A DNA stretch of 64,000 nucleotides from the human T2T-CHM13v2.0 reference genome, Homo sapiens, in NCBI RefSeq assembly GCF_009914755.1, contig NC_060937.1. One strand, 5' to 3'. The notes under the pieces were generated by a model. The model did not search any database, was not told where the DNA came from, and worked only from the letters and a program-made list of their open reading frames with translations. The translations under genes and the position numbers were made by a program. Shown here piece by piece: positions 42,816 to 57,344 of this stretch (the stretch's first letter is position 1; each line of letters begins with the position of its first letter).

Positions 42816-42945
42816 ACCATATATATATGTTATATATATAGTCATATATATGTTATATATATTATGTATATATGTGTATATATAATGTATATATGTATAT
42901 ATATAATGTGTATATATGTGTGTATATATATACACACACACACAA
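42816..42945. repeat. (TA)-rich degenerate microsatellite
   Basis: Direct reading. Confidence 0.92.
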
Positions 42946-43559
42946 ATATATTACTGCTATAGGATTCATATCATTTTATTAAATTATCCTAGCTTAGAAT
43001 TATTCTTATATACAAATATCCATGTATTCACAACATATATTTAATGTTATTTCAATATAACAATGCTCTTATTATTATTTTTCTATTAGGTAATCTTTAC
43101 ATGCATACAATAAATAGCTGTGTATTTCTTACTTCTATTAATTTTAAAAAACGTTAGTGCATTAATATCACTGGCACTCATATAAACATACTAATACACT
43201 ATTTTGTTATTGATACATTTTCACAATAAGTTGTTCTTATTACTATCCCAAAGTATGACTTATTGGGGTTAAAGAAAAGTTTTAAAAACAAAGTAGAAAG
43301 TACTTTGCTTCTTTTTTAAAGATGGTAATACTGTCTCTCTACATATCTTCTGTTCATCTATCTTTAGTAGCATGTTATCTTCATACAGTACCTTTCAGAA
43401 ATACTGTGGTTCATTGGAACAGTGTAGAAAGCCATTTCAGCACCTAACATGATGTATCGTAAATACTTCTCAAATAATGCTGGTGATAAATGTGAAGCAG
43501 CTATAGTTTTGCAAAAGCCATTCCACATTTAAACATCCCAAAGAGTTTGTTTTTCTATT

Positions 43560-43905
43560 TTCCCTATGAGACAATTCCTGCTGAAAGGCCTTAACTATAG
43601 CCAAATTTTGGATGGCAGTCAACCTAAATTTTCTCTTTATTAATGTGGAGTGATTCAGGCTTTCTGATCTCAGCCTGAACATTTCTGCTCCAGCCTTGAT
43701 ATTTACATCCTGTAAGTACTTGTAAACAATTACCATATCCCCTACTTAGTTGTCTGTTAGCCAAGCTAAACAGATTGAGCTCTTTTAATCTTTTCTCATA
43801 AATCAATCTCTCCACTCCCTTAATTACTCCTGATGTTCAGTTTTGAACTTATTCCAATATGCTCATCAAATTTCTAATACTCAGTTTCCCAGAACCACAG
43901 TAGTT
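43560..43905 (-). mobile_element. CR1/L3 LINE fragment (C-terminus of ORF2), frameshifted
   Basis: Minus-strand peptides ERLIYEKRLKELNLFSLANRQL, VIVYKYLQ and KRKFRL correspond to the CR1 ORF2 motif [33 protein letters not shown]...RFRL. Confidence 0.85.
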
Positions 43906-44350
43906 TTTTAATGCATTCATGTTAAAATTGTGCTTATTCAATTAAAATAACTGCAGTAGAAGATGTTTTCTGCCGTGTTTAGCTCTCTGTATGGTTGCAC
44001 AGAGTGGAAACACCACCATCAGGAACCTCATCATTAAACCTATTTCTTTTTCACTCTTTATGGCCTTGTGCCAGACCACAGGGCTAGCATCTGAGAGGTA
44101 AAGGGTAATGGCTTTAAGATTGCATGGGATGGGCAAGGAGACTGTTCATCTAATTAAGAAAAACAGAAAAGATACTGTTTCACGATGTAAATAGGAGAAC
44201 GAGTTCATTTTCACACATTAGCTTGGCAAATAATTTCCCTTTAGGTATTGCAAGCCAAAACAGGTATTTCCCCAACAAATCAAGTCACATTTAAAATAAA
44301 GCTCTACTGTTATCAATGTATTTTTTGTTGCCGTTCTTGAAATAAATTCT

Positions 44351-44632
44351 GTTTTAGTTTTTTTTTTTTAAATGGAAACAAGGTTTCAGCCTATCAGTCA
44401 GGCTGGGGTGGAGTGCAATGGTGCAATTATGGCTCACTGTAGCCTCAAACTACCGGTCTCAAGCAATCCCCCAATCTCAGCCTCCCAATAAGCTGGAACT
44501 ACAGGCCCATGCCACCAAGCCCGGCTAATTTTTTAATTTTTTTGTAGAGGTGGGGTCCTGCTGTGTTGTCCAGGCTGGTCTCAAACTCCTGGCCTCACGC
44601 GATTCTTCCTGCATAAACCACCATGCCTGGCC
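44351..44632 (-). mobile_element. AluJ with internal deletion
   Basis: ATGGCTCACTGTAGCCTCAAAC antisense J pattern; AATAAATTCT flanking duplication. Confidence 0.9.
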
Positions 44633-44935
44633 TAAATAAATTCTTTATCAGAAATCGAAAGCTATGATTTCATTTTCAAATTAAGATCTCGTGAACTTAA
44701 ACCATTTAATATCAGCAAAAGGAAAGAGAAGAAGAAAAGTCTGACTTGGCTGTGGTTCTGTAATGCAGCAGGCAGTGTACTAGGAGCCTCCAGGGTCTCA
44801 CTTACTGCTGTTAAACCCAGGAAGATGAAACTGGCAAACATGAAGACCTGAATGAGGTTATAGTGCAAGAAAGGCTCTGGGATGGCAACTTGCCACCAAG
44901 AATATTAGGAATGATTAAAAATGTAGAATTGAGTT

Positions 44936-45613
<678 letters not shown>

Positions 45614-46158
45614 TAAACTCTGCTTTAGAAATGTTTTGAAGTCCCAGAGAGTTATAACCATTTAAAGAATCTGGTAACATAACTAGAAAATCCGAAAGAA
45701 ATCCAAGCTGTGGGAAATGAAAGGGAGGTCTCTGACAACAATTTAGTTTAGTATAAAAATTTATTAAAATCATAGGAGCCTCCCCAGTGATTATTTCTAG
45801 AAGTCTGAAGAAGTCATCTTCCTACTTTCTTTTTCTTGCTTCTTTAATTCTGTCACATATTTTGCTGGAGCTTTACAACTTTTCAAAGCGTTTTCAGAGA
45901 TTTCTAGTAATTTATTCAACGAATCAATGTTTATAGAAAGCATGGTGAATGTTAATGATTATTCTTGGGGCTTGATATAAGTGGAAATACACAGTAGAAG
46001 AAAGGCAATGATCGTAGAGGGAAATAATTCCTTCTCCAGCCTTGAAGGTGGCTCTGGGTGCACGTTGTTGATATCTTTTCTCAGCATGAGGTTTTAAGGT
46101 TTACAAGTTGCATCATATCTCCACCTTCAGTTTATTACACTCCTTTAGTCTTCCGGAA

Positions 46159-46616
46159 TGTCTTAGTTTTAGTCACATGAAGCGGACCCCAAGAGAAGGA
46201 TCCAAAAGGAAGAAGTTGATTTTAGAGGTGATTTCAGGAAACATAGAAGGGAAACTGAGAGGTGGACGCTGGAAATAAAAGGAACGTAAAAAATGGGTTT
46301 GTTATAATCATACCTGTTATCGCAGTGGGTGACAGGGGCTTTAATCCTGTTAGGGAACTTGAAAGTCAGTGTAAAACAGGCACTTCAGAGTTATCCCTGT
46401 CCCAGGAGTGGGAAGAGATTCATTCTTAGAGAAGTGCAGCCTGGAAGGGTCAAATCACCAGCTCCTCTGGCCTGCCATATGAGTAAGAAAGTGGGGTGCA
46501 GAAACCAGAAAACCTCTCAGGAAAAGAAATGCAAGTGTTGGCAATGAGAGCTCAGGCTGGTAGACAATGGCATGGAAGGGGTGAGGGATATGGGCAGCAC
46601 CCGTCCTTCTGCAGCA
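46159..46616 (-). mobile_element. LTR16-like ERVL LTR (3' LTR of provirus)
   Basis: TGTCTTAGTT start; AGAGGTGATTTCAGGAAAC; adjacent CTCACCCACTCTCC is the reverse complement of a polypurine tract. Confidence 0.7.
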
Positions 46617-48255
46617 CTCACCCACTCTCCTGAGGCCACTCATGCACCATGTTAAGGTCCTTCCACCCTGTCATCAGTTCCTCAAAGGGGTGGTCGGTCA
46701 CATATGAGAACGAAAGAAATAAATGAGAAAAGAAAACCTTTAGCAGGAAATTTAATGGGACAAGCTACAGTTCCTGTTGCAGGCCTTGGAACTCCCGGCT
46801 GTAGAACCCCACCATGTCCAGAATTCCAGCAGTTCTAAGTCACTTGCGGATATGCCTGGCTAAGCTGAGAACATGAATGTGTATGTAATGCTGTCTGTTC
46901 CAAGTGAATGGAAATTGCTTCTGATTTTCCTTCCTGGTAGAGATTAAAAAGAACACATTTGCCGGATTAATACCTACATTCAGAGTATGAGAGGGCATGT
47001 GGATTCAGTCAAGTAATGAGGGAACATCCAGCTAGCAGTTGCTATTGGAGCTACCACTTCAAGTTTACGGTTACTTGCTGGGATCTGGTACCATAGACCC
47101 ATCTTGTGTCAACAGGGACCAGACCAGTGAATTAATAGGGATAGGATCATGGCCACCATTTCTGAGCTCTGTAAGTCTTTGTATGTCTCTGTCATTCTAT
47201 TTAGAATACAGGACTGATTCTGATTTACTAAATTGGTCAGGACTGGAGCAGGGGACAGGTACAGTTTTAGGGGCTTCTTTTTGTACTATTCTATTATTAT
47301 GTTACAGGTAAAGAAGCCAATGTGACTGAGGGCTTGACCAATGTAAGTATATTCATCTTGATCATAGATGATCATAATTTCAGCCTAGTAATCAAGGCTG
47401 AAATTTACATCTTGCAGGATTGGTTCTGTAGGCCCACTGAAAGATCTATGATACGGACAAGGCCCCAACTCTATTTATTGCCTGGTTTCCATAGCCTGCA
47501 CTATAACCAGAGGCCATGAAGCAATTGTGAGTCTCCTGGTATAAGGAGACTTCAGACCCTGCATCTAACAGTCTAGATAACTCCTGTACTCTAGTAAATA
47601 GCTTCAGGAAAAAAATGGATGAATTACTATTGCTTATGTTTAGTGTGCTCCTGCATTGCAAGGCTTGAAAGCAGCTGTTTCCTCCTTTCATTGATAAACT
47701 CTGAGTCTGAGAATTGTCTCAGGTCTGAAAACTCATTGAAGAATAATACTTTTTCTAAGGGGTGACATTAGCTACCAGCCCATCTGCTGTTCAATATTTT
47801 TTGCTGCATAGATCAAGTAGCATCTATTTGTCTTTCTACACTGCTTCTAGTCTCCCCAGGGTCCATCAGACATCATCACAGATTGTGGGGTCAGGGGTCT
47901 GTGGTTACCGTTCTAGCCTCATTGCTCATTTCACAATTATGCCCACCTTGCTTTTGATGCTTGAGTGCAGCCACCAGCTCCATCACCACCTTCAACACAA
48001 GAAGCCCATTTGCACAGGGATACCTCTTACCATCCAGCCTGGTCCACAAAGGAGAGACACCACTGAGCTTCTCAATGATGCCAGTGCCTCCTCACTAGGC
48101 TTTTCTTACTGCTTTAGTAAAGGGACTGTTTTATGGTCCCTTCCAGGACATATGATTACCTGGCGGGTTCTCATATTTTATCCAGTAAATCAATTCTAGA
48201 ATGCCTGCTCCTTGAACCCATTTCATTCCTTCCACAATACTCTCAAGAAAACGCC

Positions 48256-48681
<426 letters not shown>

Positions 48682-48693
48682 TTAAATAAGAGG

Positions 48694-48972
48694 TGTACTG
48701 GAATAAATGTGTCTCTCCAAACTTCATATGTTAAAATCCTAATCCTTAAAGTGATATATTAAGAAGTGGTTAGGTCATGAAGGTGGAGCCCTGATCAATG
48801 GTATTAGTGCCCTTATAAAAGAGATCCCAGAGAGCTCTCTCTGTCTTATGGGGACGTGGTGAGAAGATGGAAGAGAATCCTCATCAGAATTCAATTTTGC
48901 TGGCTGGCACCCTGATCTCAGACATTTAGCTTCCAGAACTGTGAGAAATCGCATTTCTGTTGCTTATCAGCT
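48694..48972 (+). mobile_element. MLT1A-type LTR (3'-truncated) nested in ERVL
   Basis: TTAGGTCATGAAGGTGGAGCCCT...TTAGTGCCCTTATAAAAGAG; TCCAGAACTGTGAGAAAT. Confidence 0.85.
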
Positions 48973-49874
48973 TTATATCCTCCCCTTTCTTAATCTTGGG
49001 CACAAAACATCCATTCCAGGAATCCTTTTCCAGTTCTTGACCGCGTGTCATAGTGAAATGTGACACGATAATTGTGGAAAATCCCTTTCTCTGAACCTGG
49101 GATAAAGCTTCCCTCTGAGCTGCTGAGCCTCTGAACCAGTGACTGGTCTAGAGCAGTGAGGAGGTGGGAAGGGGCAGTAGGAAGCTGGGGGCAGATATAG
49201 GAAACAGAAACATCATCTCATGAGGCAGCTGTCTCAGCAGAGGCCTTTCAATATCCTACACGTGGAAGTTGCTGTGCTCTCACAAGTGGTAGAGAACCAC
49301 TTCTAAACCGGAGAGTTCATGGGAATCAGGGTGTTCAAGGTTCTTAAGCCAATACACCCAGATGTCTCCACTCGGTGTCTCAGGGTTCCACTGCTTCCCT
49401 ATCAGGACACCAACCTCAGTGTAGGAGGCTTGCTGGGCTTCAGAATGCTGCCTTCTTTTTAATCATGTTACCTGCACAGTGAAGCCCTGGGGCTGTTTTT
49501 CCAGCAGGCTCTGCCCTCTGGTAACAGGAGATGAAGGTGTTTAAATTTTCCCATTACTCTATGCCTGAAAGATAGGTAGATTGAGTCTGTAATTGTATTT
49601 TTTCAATGTAACCACACATTTCTCCATGGTCTTCCGCAATGCCATGGTCTCCATATATCTTGAAAGCTAGAGATCCTGCGTAAACCAGTGAATTCCATCC
49701 CAACTCACCACAGTTGTGTTTCTTATTAGTTGTGGTGGTGAAGCATGCTAGTGTGTATCACTACTCCCTTTTAACACCAGTAAAGGGGTCCTTGTTGCCA
49801 TCTTGCAAGCAAGCAGTCTAATTTTTAAATCTCATTCTGAATATCTACTTCCTGTAGCTTTTTCTGCCACCAAC

Positions 49875-50341
49875 TGTCTGAGATTAGTTACCACTAGAAC
49901 AGAACCTGATCCGGGGACTCCAGTGCAAACAGTTTATTCTGAGAGTGATTCCAAGAAGCTTCAGTAGGGGAGTGGGAAAGTGAGAGAGTGGGGAAAAAGC
50001 ATTTAATAAATTTTACTATCAAGCACTTTGCAATTGAGGGTAATAAGAGCCTGATCCCACTGAAGAAGTCTTGGGTGTTAGAGTCAAACTGCATCGCAGA
50101 ATTATCCCATCTAAGGGGCAAAGAGAATAAAACATGCACATCAATTCCAACTGGTCTTTTGTTAAAGGCTGCTTTTGAGGGACATAGATTCCCTGGTACT
50201 TCAGGCATGAACTTGGTCTTCAGACACAAGAGAAAGCAAGCAGGTAAAGAGAAGGAGGTGCTGGCATTTGGAAGCTGAGCTGACGTGCATGGAAGTAGTA
50301 AGATCAAGGGAATCTGGGTAGGACACTGCCTTTTGGCTACG
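49875..50341 (-). mobile_element. LTR16-like ERVL LTR (5' LTR of provirus)
   Basis: CAGTTTATTCTGAGAGTGATTCCAAGAAGC...GTAGGGGAGTGGGAAAGTGAGA; colinear with 46159-46616 (both contain CAGA(A/G)TTATCCC). Confidence 0.75.
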
Positions 50342-52444
50342 CTTGGATAAAAGGCAACCTAAAAAGTAAAAATAGCATGTTCTAAAATTATAACCTTATA
50401 GCCTTTTTATTCAAGCCTGCAATGCTAACATATATTTATCCATTCTATTCTTAGCGCTACTAAAATTTCATTTCAATAGACCCTTCTTATCATTAATAGT
50501 TACAAACTAGTTTTATATATACTATTTCCATTTCACTTGTCTTGTTATGAAAAGTCCTATAATTTAGAAAATTTCTGCAATCTATTGGAAGAATAATATA
50601 AAATATAAACATAACATCAAAAATAATAAAACTTCTTGCTAAATAGGAAGATGTAACCAGATTGAGAAACTTATGACGCTAGATAGAAAAGTAACAATTT
50701 AAGAGGTAAGACAAGCAATTTGCATATACGAATATGCCTGGCTGAAAACACACATATGCATACACACATGGACATACGTGGGTCTAGGTGTGTGTGCATA
50801 TATATAAATATAGGTAACATTTCCGTGAAAAACTTAACTTTATCTTTGTTGGAAAAGAGAAAGAGAATATCACTTTAAGTTGGTGGTACTGATAAGGGAG
50901 ATTTATACCATATAATGGTTATAAACACACACACACACAGACACACACCACCCACACACACCCACTCAGGCATAAATATACATAATTGTCCTCAAAATAA
51001 GAAGGGTTGAATATTCAGTCCAACTGAGAAGTCGTTCTCTGTTGTTGAGATGCATTCTTAAAAATATATTTGCATATCTGTTTATCAAAAATCAGTAAAA
51101 TCAGACATATTATTTGCAAGGAATGGCATGTTCCTGAAATTTTATTTATCTGTATATTCACTTACATAAATGAAATATAAATAATTACATATAGCTATAT
51201 ATAGTTATATGTATAGATTCCTATTTAACTATATAACTCTCTACATATAGTTACAAAGTTTCCTGCTGGGGTTACATTTTAGCTTTAGAATTCCACTGAA
51301 AAAAATTGAAAAGACTTGGAAATCCTAGGGCTGCATTTAGCTGACAGTACAGAGACCATTACTAGCATTACTGGTCCTACTGTCCAAAAGACTTACAAAT
51401 TCGATTGAGGCATCTCCACTTTCTATCCTGAAAACCACCCACCCTATACACAACACTGTGGCAGCTCTTTGCCTAAGTGAAGGTGATTATCAGGTAATAT
51501 CACATGCAGTAGCTTGAAATCATTGGTGATGGATTTACATTTTAAAAGGCTGAATCAGATATAGAAAGCAATTTATCATGGTCAATACAAAGTATATGTA
51601 CATTGTCTTGTTTAATATGAAATTTTAATATAGTGTGGTGGCAGAATCTGTGCTGTTAGGTGATATTATTTGGCTAACAAGAGCTGAGAGGGGAATTGCA
51701 GAAGCATAAAATGTCAGCTGGAGGAGAGATCATAAAAAGCTCATGAAGGAATCGCCTTTGGATAAAAGAAAGGTCCAGAAGTGTGGAGAGTGTGCTCAGA
51801 ATACTGGTCTCTAAGACATATTTTCTGGAGTTTTTCAACAAATACTTCATGCATGGCTACTCGGTAGCATGCACAGTGCCAATCCATTCTAATTCTCTAT
51901 GAATATCAACAAGAGTTTTACAAGACAGTGTCAAAGTAGGTTAGTTGAGAGTCATTATTCATTAAATAGCAATGAAGTCACCTAACTGAAACTTAAGGCA
52001 GATATCAGCAAGAGAAAACACCAGAAGAATACACATAAAAATACATCAGATCAAGGGTAAAAACAAAGGAATATCCAAGATGTAGGTCAGGCTTTGCCCT
52101 TTCAAGGTAACAAACTGAGCACATACTGCAACCTCTTGCCCCTGGTAAAACAGCATAACAAGTTTAAATACAGAAATAAAACCATAATTGAGTTGTAAGT
52201 GTTGGGAAGAAGAAATTATCATCTCTGAGGCAGCATCAGCATGGATAGCACATTCCATGCTCAGTAGATGTGAGAGTCTAATGACTGTAGCACTAGGTGG
52301 TCTTAGGTATTAGAGAGGTCTATGAAGCATAGAGATCAAGCCGAAATCTACCTGTCATTGGCCAATGACAATAATATGAAAACAATGAAAGAAAAGTCCA
52401 ACGAAATAGAAGATAGGTCCAGATGTTCCACACCTCATCTAACA

Positions 52445-52650
52445 TAGTAGTTCTCAACCAGAGGTGATTTGCCACTGGGCATTTGGCAGTGCCTAGAAAC
52501 ATACTTCATTGTCACAACTGAATAGAATAGTGGAAGTAGCTGCTGGCATTTAACAGGTAAAGACAAGAAATGCTGCTAAATATCTTACAATGCACTGGGT
52601 GGCCCTCAATCCAAATAATTATTTGACCCAAAATGTCAGTAGTGTCAATT
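52445..52650 (+). mobile_element. MER20 (hAT-Charlie)
   Basis: GTTCTCAACC...CATTTGGCAGTG...TTGTCACAACTG...GCTGCTAAATATCTTACAATGCAC...CCCAAAATGTCAGTAGTG. Confidence 0.88.
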
Positions 52651-52719
52651 TTTTTTTTAATGCTAGAAATTCTGGAAGAAAAAAAGGTGCAATGAGTGGT
52701 AAGTGTACTATAGAAAATT

Positions 52720-52878
52720 ATTAGATAATGTTATAGTCAACCTCCAAATTTAAGTTGTGTGACAAAAGAGAAACATACTTTTACTCAAATAACCATTCAA
52801 TGCAGGTGATCTTGGGCAGTGAATAAGAGGCTTTTCTCCCTGGGTTGATTCAGGGATTCAGTCTCCTTCCATTTTGTA

Positions 52879-52913
<35 letters not shown>

Positions 52914-54440
52914 CAGGAATGGCCCAAGAATCCTGTGTCTGTAGTGTGACGAGGGGAAAGAGTAAGTGAATGTGGCATATCAGCTTCTTAAATACCCACA
53001 CGTCACTTCTGACAGGTACTGATGTGGATACTTCTAGTTGCAAGAGGCTTAGGATAGTTAGTTTCTGGATAAACAGCTATGTTGCAATGAAACTCCCATA
53101 CTATAGAAAGAGCATGGATTTTGGGAACAACTAGCTCATTCAAGACTCCATCTGCCCCTCTTACAAGAAAATAACTGCATGAGTTACTTTTTACTTGTAC
53201 AGAGAACATTTTCCATCCTTTCCAAGGAAGACAAAGCAAAGTCCCATCCAGTGTCTGTATCCAGATCAGCCTTGAGGAGGATGAGACGAATCATCAGCTT
53301 CCTCATCTGTTCTACATGAAAGTTAGATGACACATCAGTCTCCCCATTGTTCCCACCACCAAAATCAAATTATAGAGTGATGGAGCCTCAGGTAATACTG
53401 CATAATACCCGAGAGTCACTAGGCCATATGAAATGTGCTATGCAGGCAGGGGGAGGGCCCCCTGCCCTTGCAATGAAGGAAGTTCCCTGACAAGTCTCTG
53501 AATCTGCTCTCTGTAAGGAAGTCTCATTGATTGAAAGATTCTTCCACTATACATCCTGTCTTCTGTTTCCAAATGCTGGGAACTTCCTCCTTGTTCAGTT
53601 TCTTCCTAGACCACATCTGAAAGAATGCCATCTTGGAGAAGAGAATGCCATCTTGGAGAAGAGAATGCCATCTTGGAGAATGCCATCTTGGAGAATGGCA
53701 GTTTCCTAGCCTGATTTTGGGTTTTTCACCATCATAGGATTACTTGGGCCAGACTCAAGGTATCCTTGGGAATATAATCCCCACAAATGCCATTGGCCTT
53801 TTGAGCTATTTGCTTCTGTTTTCAGTAACCCCAGGTAAAGTCATTGTCTCTGTGTAAATCTCAAGTTGGCCAATTTCTTCCGCCTATGTTTTCTCTCTTG
53901 TAAACCTAAAGGAGACCACTTTGAAACCATTTAAAACAATTTGGTGATTAAGATTAAGATTAAAACAGATTAAGGAAACCATTAATCTGATCTTTGCCAC
54001 AGGGCTTAGCTTCCCTGTTTAAGTGATGATTCTTCCCCGACCTTGTTGTTCAAAGTTTTTACTTTCAGCCTTATTCATTTCACTCTGGTATTCAGCCAGG
54101 TTCCAGTTTTACAATGTGCCACATCTCTGCATTCTCTCTTTGGCCTTTACTTCTTATCTCAAACAAATTGACTTTTGCTCAATTTTATCTCTTGTTGCAT
54201 CAAGAAACTACCATCACGTGCAACTAATAGTTATCTAACCTCGTATCTTGAAGCTATGGGCTTGGCCAGCGTGTGTTCTGATTTCCAAGTTATCACAGCT
54301 GGCAGCTATTGTAATGGGTCACCACACACATATTGTGACCAATCTTTATCTTCTCAGACTCTGGTATGTTTCCTGACTGTTCATCACTTGATTATTGAAG
54401 CAGTACTGCATGTTTTCTTTTCTTTGTGTATTTGCACTCT
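52720..54440 (-). mobile_element. Old MLT1 LTR plus probable MaLR internal sequence
   Basis: GATTCAGGGATTCAGTCTCCTTCCATTTTGTAGCTC and TAGTTGCAAGAGGCTTAGGA are MLT1-like; the downstream assignment is tentative. Confidence 0.5.
53622..53700. repeat. Perfect minisatellite, four copies of AGAATGCCATCTTGG (two with added AGAAG)
   Basis: Direct reading; periods 20, 20, 15, 15. Confidence 0.97.
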
Positions 54441-54564
54441 GAGACCTATGGAGTATTAGGTAAGAAATAATAGTCACACTTAGATACATTACAGTACAAT
54501 TCAGAATTTTGAAAATTAAAAAATGCTAAAAGTTTTACAGAGAAAGAACAATAACAGCTCACAG

Positions 54565-54790
54565 TTATTCAGCCTTTTCTATTTGAAGGCCTAAGTATCT
54601 CTTTTAACTACATAATTTAACCATTACAATGATCTGAGGAGGTAACTAATATTATTATCATTACGTTACGGGCATGAAAACTAGGGCACAAATTATTTAA
54701 ATAGCTTCCTCACATAACATGTATATATAGTAAGTGGTATATCCAAAATTCAAAATCTTAACTTTTAATCCTACTCTATGCTAATTTTTC
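54565..54790 (-). mobile_element. MIR fragment
   Basis: GAGGAGGTAACTAATATTATT...CATGAAAACTAGGGCACAAATTATTTAAATAGCTTCC. Confidence 0.6.
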
Positions 54791-55329
54791 TAGTACCTTC
54801 GAAGGAATAAGAATCAGATATATAACATATGCTTCATTATCTCCAGTGAATGCAGCAGACAGTTAAGAAATATTGTTAAAGTATCAAGGCATGATAAATT
54901 TTATCCTGTGTTTTATACACAGCTAAAGGAAAATTCATGTTTGAGAAAATATATTACTATTTCAGATATGTAAGTGATTCAAAAACATACCACAAAGATT
55001 GGTTTACATATCAGTAAATATAGATGTAATCAAAGATATACAATTATGCACTGCAAGGCAATTACATTTGACCTAAAAGCGTAGCTAACAACAATATGGT
55101 ACAGTGTGAAGTAAGAAACTGAGAACAGGATATGTTATAGGTATTTAGTGTCTCTATATGGTTAGAAAAATATAAAACTTAAACATGAAATATAAAAATG
55201 TGTTACTATTGAAAGAAGAAAAATCACATCTATAAAAATTCTTGGAACTGAGTGGGTGCTAAATAACTAAGTTAGGTGAATTATTTAATAAAATAGATGC
55301 AAATGAGACAAAAACAGATGGACCTTAAT

Positions 55330-56100
55330 AAAGTTTGAAAGTCAGACTGTGTGGTGATCAGATGGTTGAGTATCCTGACAGCCCCACACATACAGGGTGT
55401 GTGCATTGCATTCACTTACAAATTCTTGCCCACAGCTCTTCACTGAATGTTAAAAAGAAATATTGGTGGCAGAAGAAGAGAAGTAGGAGTGACTTCCTGT
55501 GAGGAAAATCTGAGGGCAGGACAGATAAACTGTAAAAACCCCTCCAGACACTCCACGTTTTACAGTGAAAACGTGTAGTGGCCACTTGCTGCTTTGGCGA
55601 AAGGTGACCATGCCAAGAAACACAAGGGCAAGCCCATTGGGCCTCCTGGAGTGCCGGAGAATGGAGACACCCTTTGGGGCACTAAAGCCCAAGCTCTGCT
55701 AAGGGAAGGCCCTGATACTTGCCTCAAATGAGTTGAGTTGAATTCAAGCTGCACTAAACTTAAATCAACAACAAAGCCCCAGTCTATCTCAATTATAGAC
55801 AATGGCTCAAATCAGCAAACCAGAGGCCTGATAAAAGACAAGCCATGGAATTTTCCAGACAATGTTATTTATTTAACTTCCTGCTGTTCTTGTAAACATT
55901 TAATCAACCATTACATGATTCCTAAAGAAGCAAGAAAATATAACTCACACTTAAAATTTCAACAGAACTAGTCACACAGATGATCGAGATATTGTAATTA
56001 TCAGAGAAAAACTTTAAAATAATGATGTTACATATTTGAAAGGATTTAGTGAAAAAGATGGGTAATAGGTATGAATGTAGGGGCAAATTTAAGGAAACTT
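55330..56100 (+). mobile_element. Old L1M 5' UTR/ORF1 remnant
   Basis: CACAGATGATCGAGATATTGTAATTATCAGAGAAAAACTTTAAAATAATGATG resembles the start of L1M ORF1. Confidence 0.45.
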
Positions 56101-56226
56101 CTTTAACCATGCTTGACACAGTAAGCACTTCATAATTATTTGTTGATTACATTGAAAATAAAGATTAAATTTGTTACCCTTCATGATAATCCTCTGAGCA
56201 ATGGAATAAAATTCATATAATTATAT

Positions 56227-56616
56227 CAGCAGTTCCCAACCTGTTTGACACCGGGAGCTGGTTTCATGGAAGACAATTTTTCTACCAACTGGGGTGAGGA
56301 GGGGATGGTTTCAGGGTGATTCAAGTGCATTAAATTTATTATGCACTTTATTTCTATTATTATTACATTGTCATGTACAATGAAATAATTATACAATTCA
56401 CCATAATGTAGATTCAGTGGGAACCCTGAGCTTGTTTTCCTGAAACTAGATGGTCCCATCTGGGGGTGATGGAAAACAGTGACAGATCATCAGGCATTAG
56501 ATTCTCATAAGAAGAATGCACCTAGATCCCTCACATGTGCAGTTCACTGTAGGGTTCAGGGTCCTGTGAGAATCTAATGCCATGGCTGATGTGACAGGAG
56601 GTGGAGCTCAGGCGGT
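56227..56616 (+). mobile_element. MER1A (hAT-Charlie), 3'-truncated
   Basis: CAGCAGTTCCCAACC...TGGTTTCATGGAAGACAATTTTT; CAGGCATTAGATTCTCATAAG; GACAGGAGGTGGAGCTCAGGCGG. Confidence 0.92.
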
Positions 56617-57344
56617 ATTAGTATTACAAAGGGCAATTAAGAGTGGTTTTGTAACTTTTGAATTTCCATTTAAAACTCTACATTACATTACCTTCTATGA
56701 AATTTTTAAATCCCTTGACTTGATCTCTGTGAACTTTTCAAACTAACTAAACAGTTTCCTTGATTTAAAATAATGAATTTTTATTATTTTTATTTTATTA
56801 TTTTATTTTTATTTTTTATTTTATTATTTTATTATTTTTATTATAATAGAGGCAAAGTATAGGAAGGAAAGCCACTGATTTTTTGCCTTCTCACTATCCA
56901 TTCAGTCTTTCTCAAAGTCAGATAGAATTAGTCATTACCTTTTTAAGAAAGTTTAATGTTTTTGCTTTTTGACTGTTATTTTTTCCTACCATATATAATT
57001 TTATTTCATTTTTTATATAAGGTGTATGGTAACCATAAGTTTCGTACATACATATAAGACTAGTTAAGACCAAACTTAGCAATGACAGGCACTAATGTGT
57101 TGAAAATAGTTTTGTTTAATATGTAATAAAGATTCTGTAGTTTAGACATGCAGTGTATTAATGAAATTAACTTAAATCCATCTCAAAGCATGTGTTCTCA
57201 AGTATGGATGACCAAGACACATTGATCTAGATGAGAAACACTTATTATTCGTAGGTTCTCCTTTCCTAGTTCTACGAAATGTTAAATTTGTCTTCTCTGT
57301 CACCCTGGAGCCAAATATTATTCAGACAGATCCTACAAGGATGA

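Noticed and set aside
43470-43815. Possible domesticated CR1-derived protein gene
   Set aside because: Frameshift and upstream stop codons; only a short C-terminal fragment remains.
47762-48199. Longest ORF in the track (145 aa, plus strand)
   Set aside because: Antisense to decayed ERVL gag, non-ATG start, no recognisable domain.
49894-50307. 137-aa minus-strand ORF
   Set aside because: Lies wholly within an LTR; no protein similarity recognised.
53622-53700. Short direct repeats superficially like a CRISPR array
   Set aside because: No unique spacers, eukaryotic context, no cas genes; it is a minisatellite.
55548-55583. Small hairpin ACTCCACGTTTT/AAAACGTGTAGT
   Set aside because: Short imperfect stem within a probable old L1 5' region; expected by chance at this scale.
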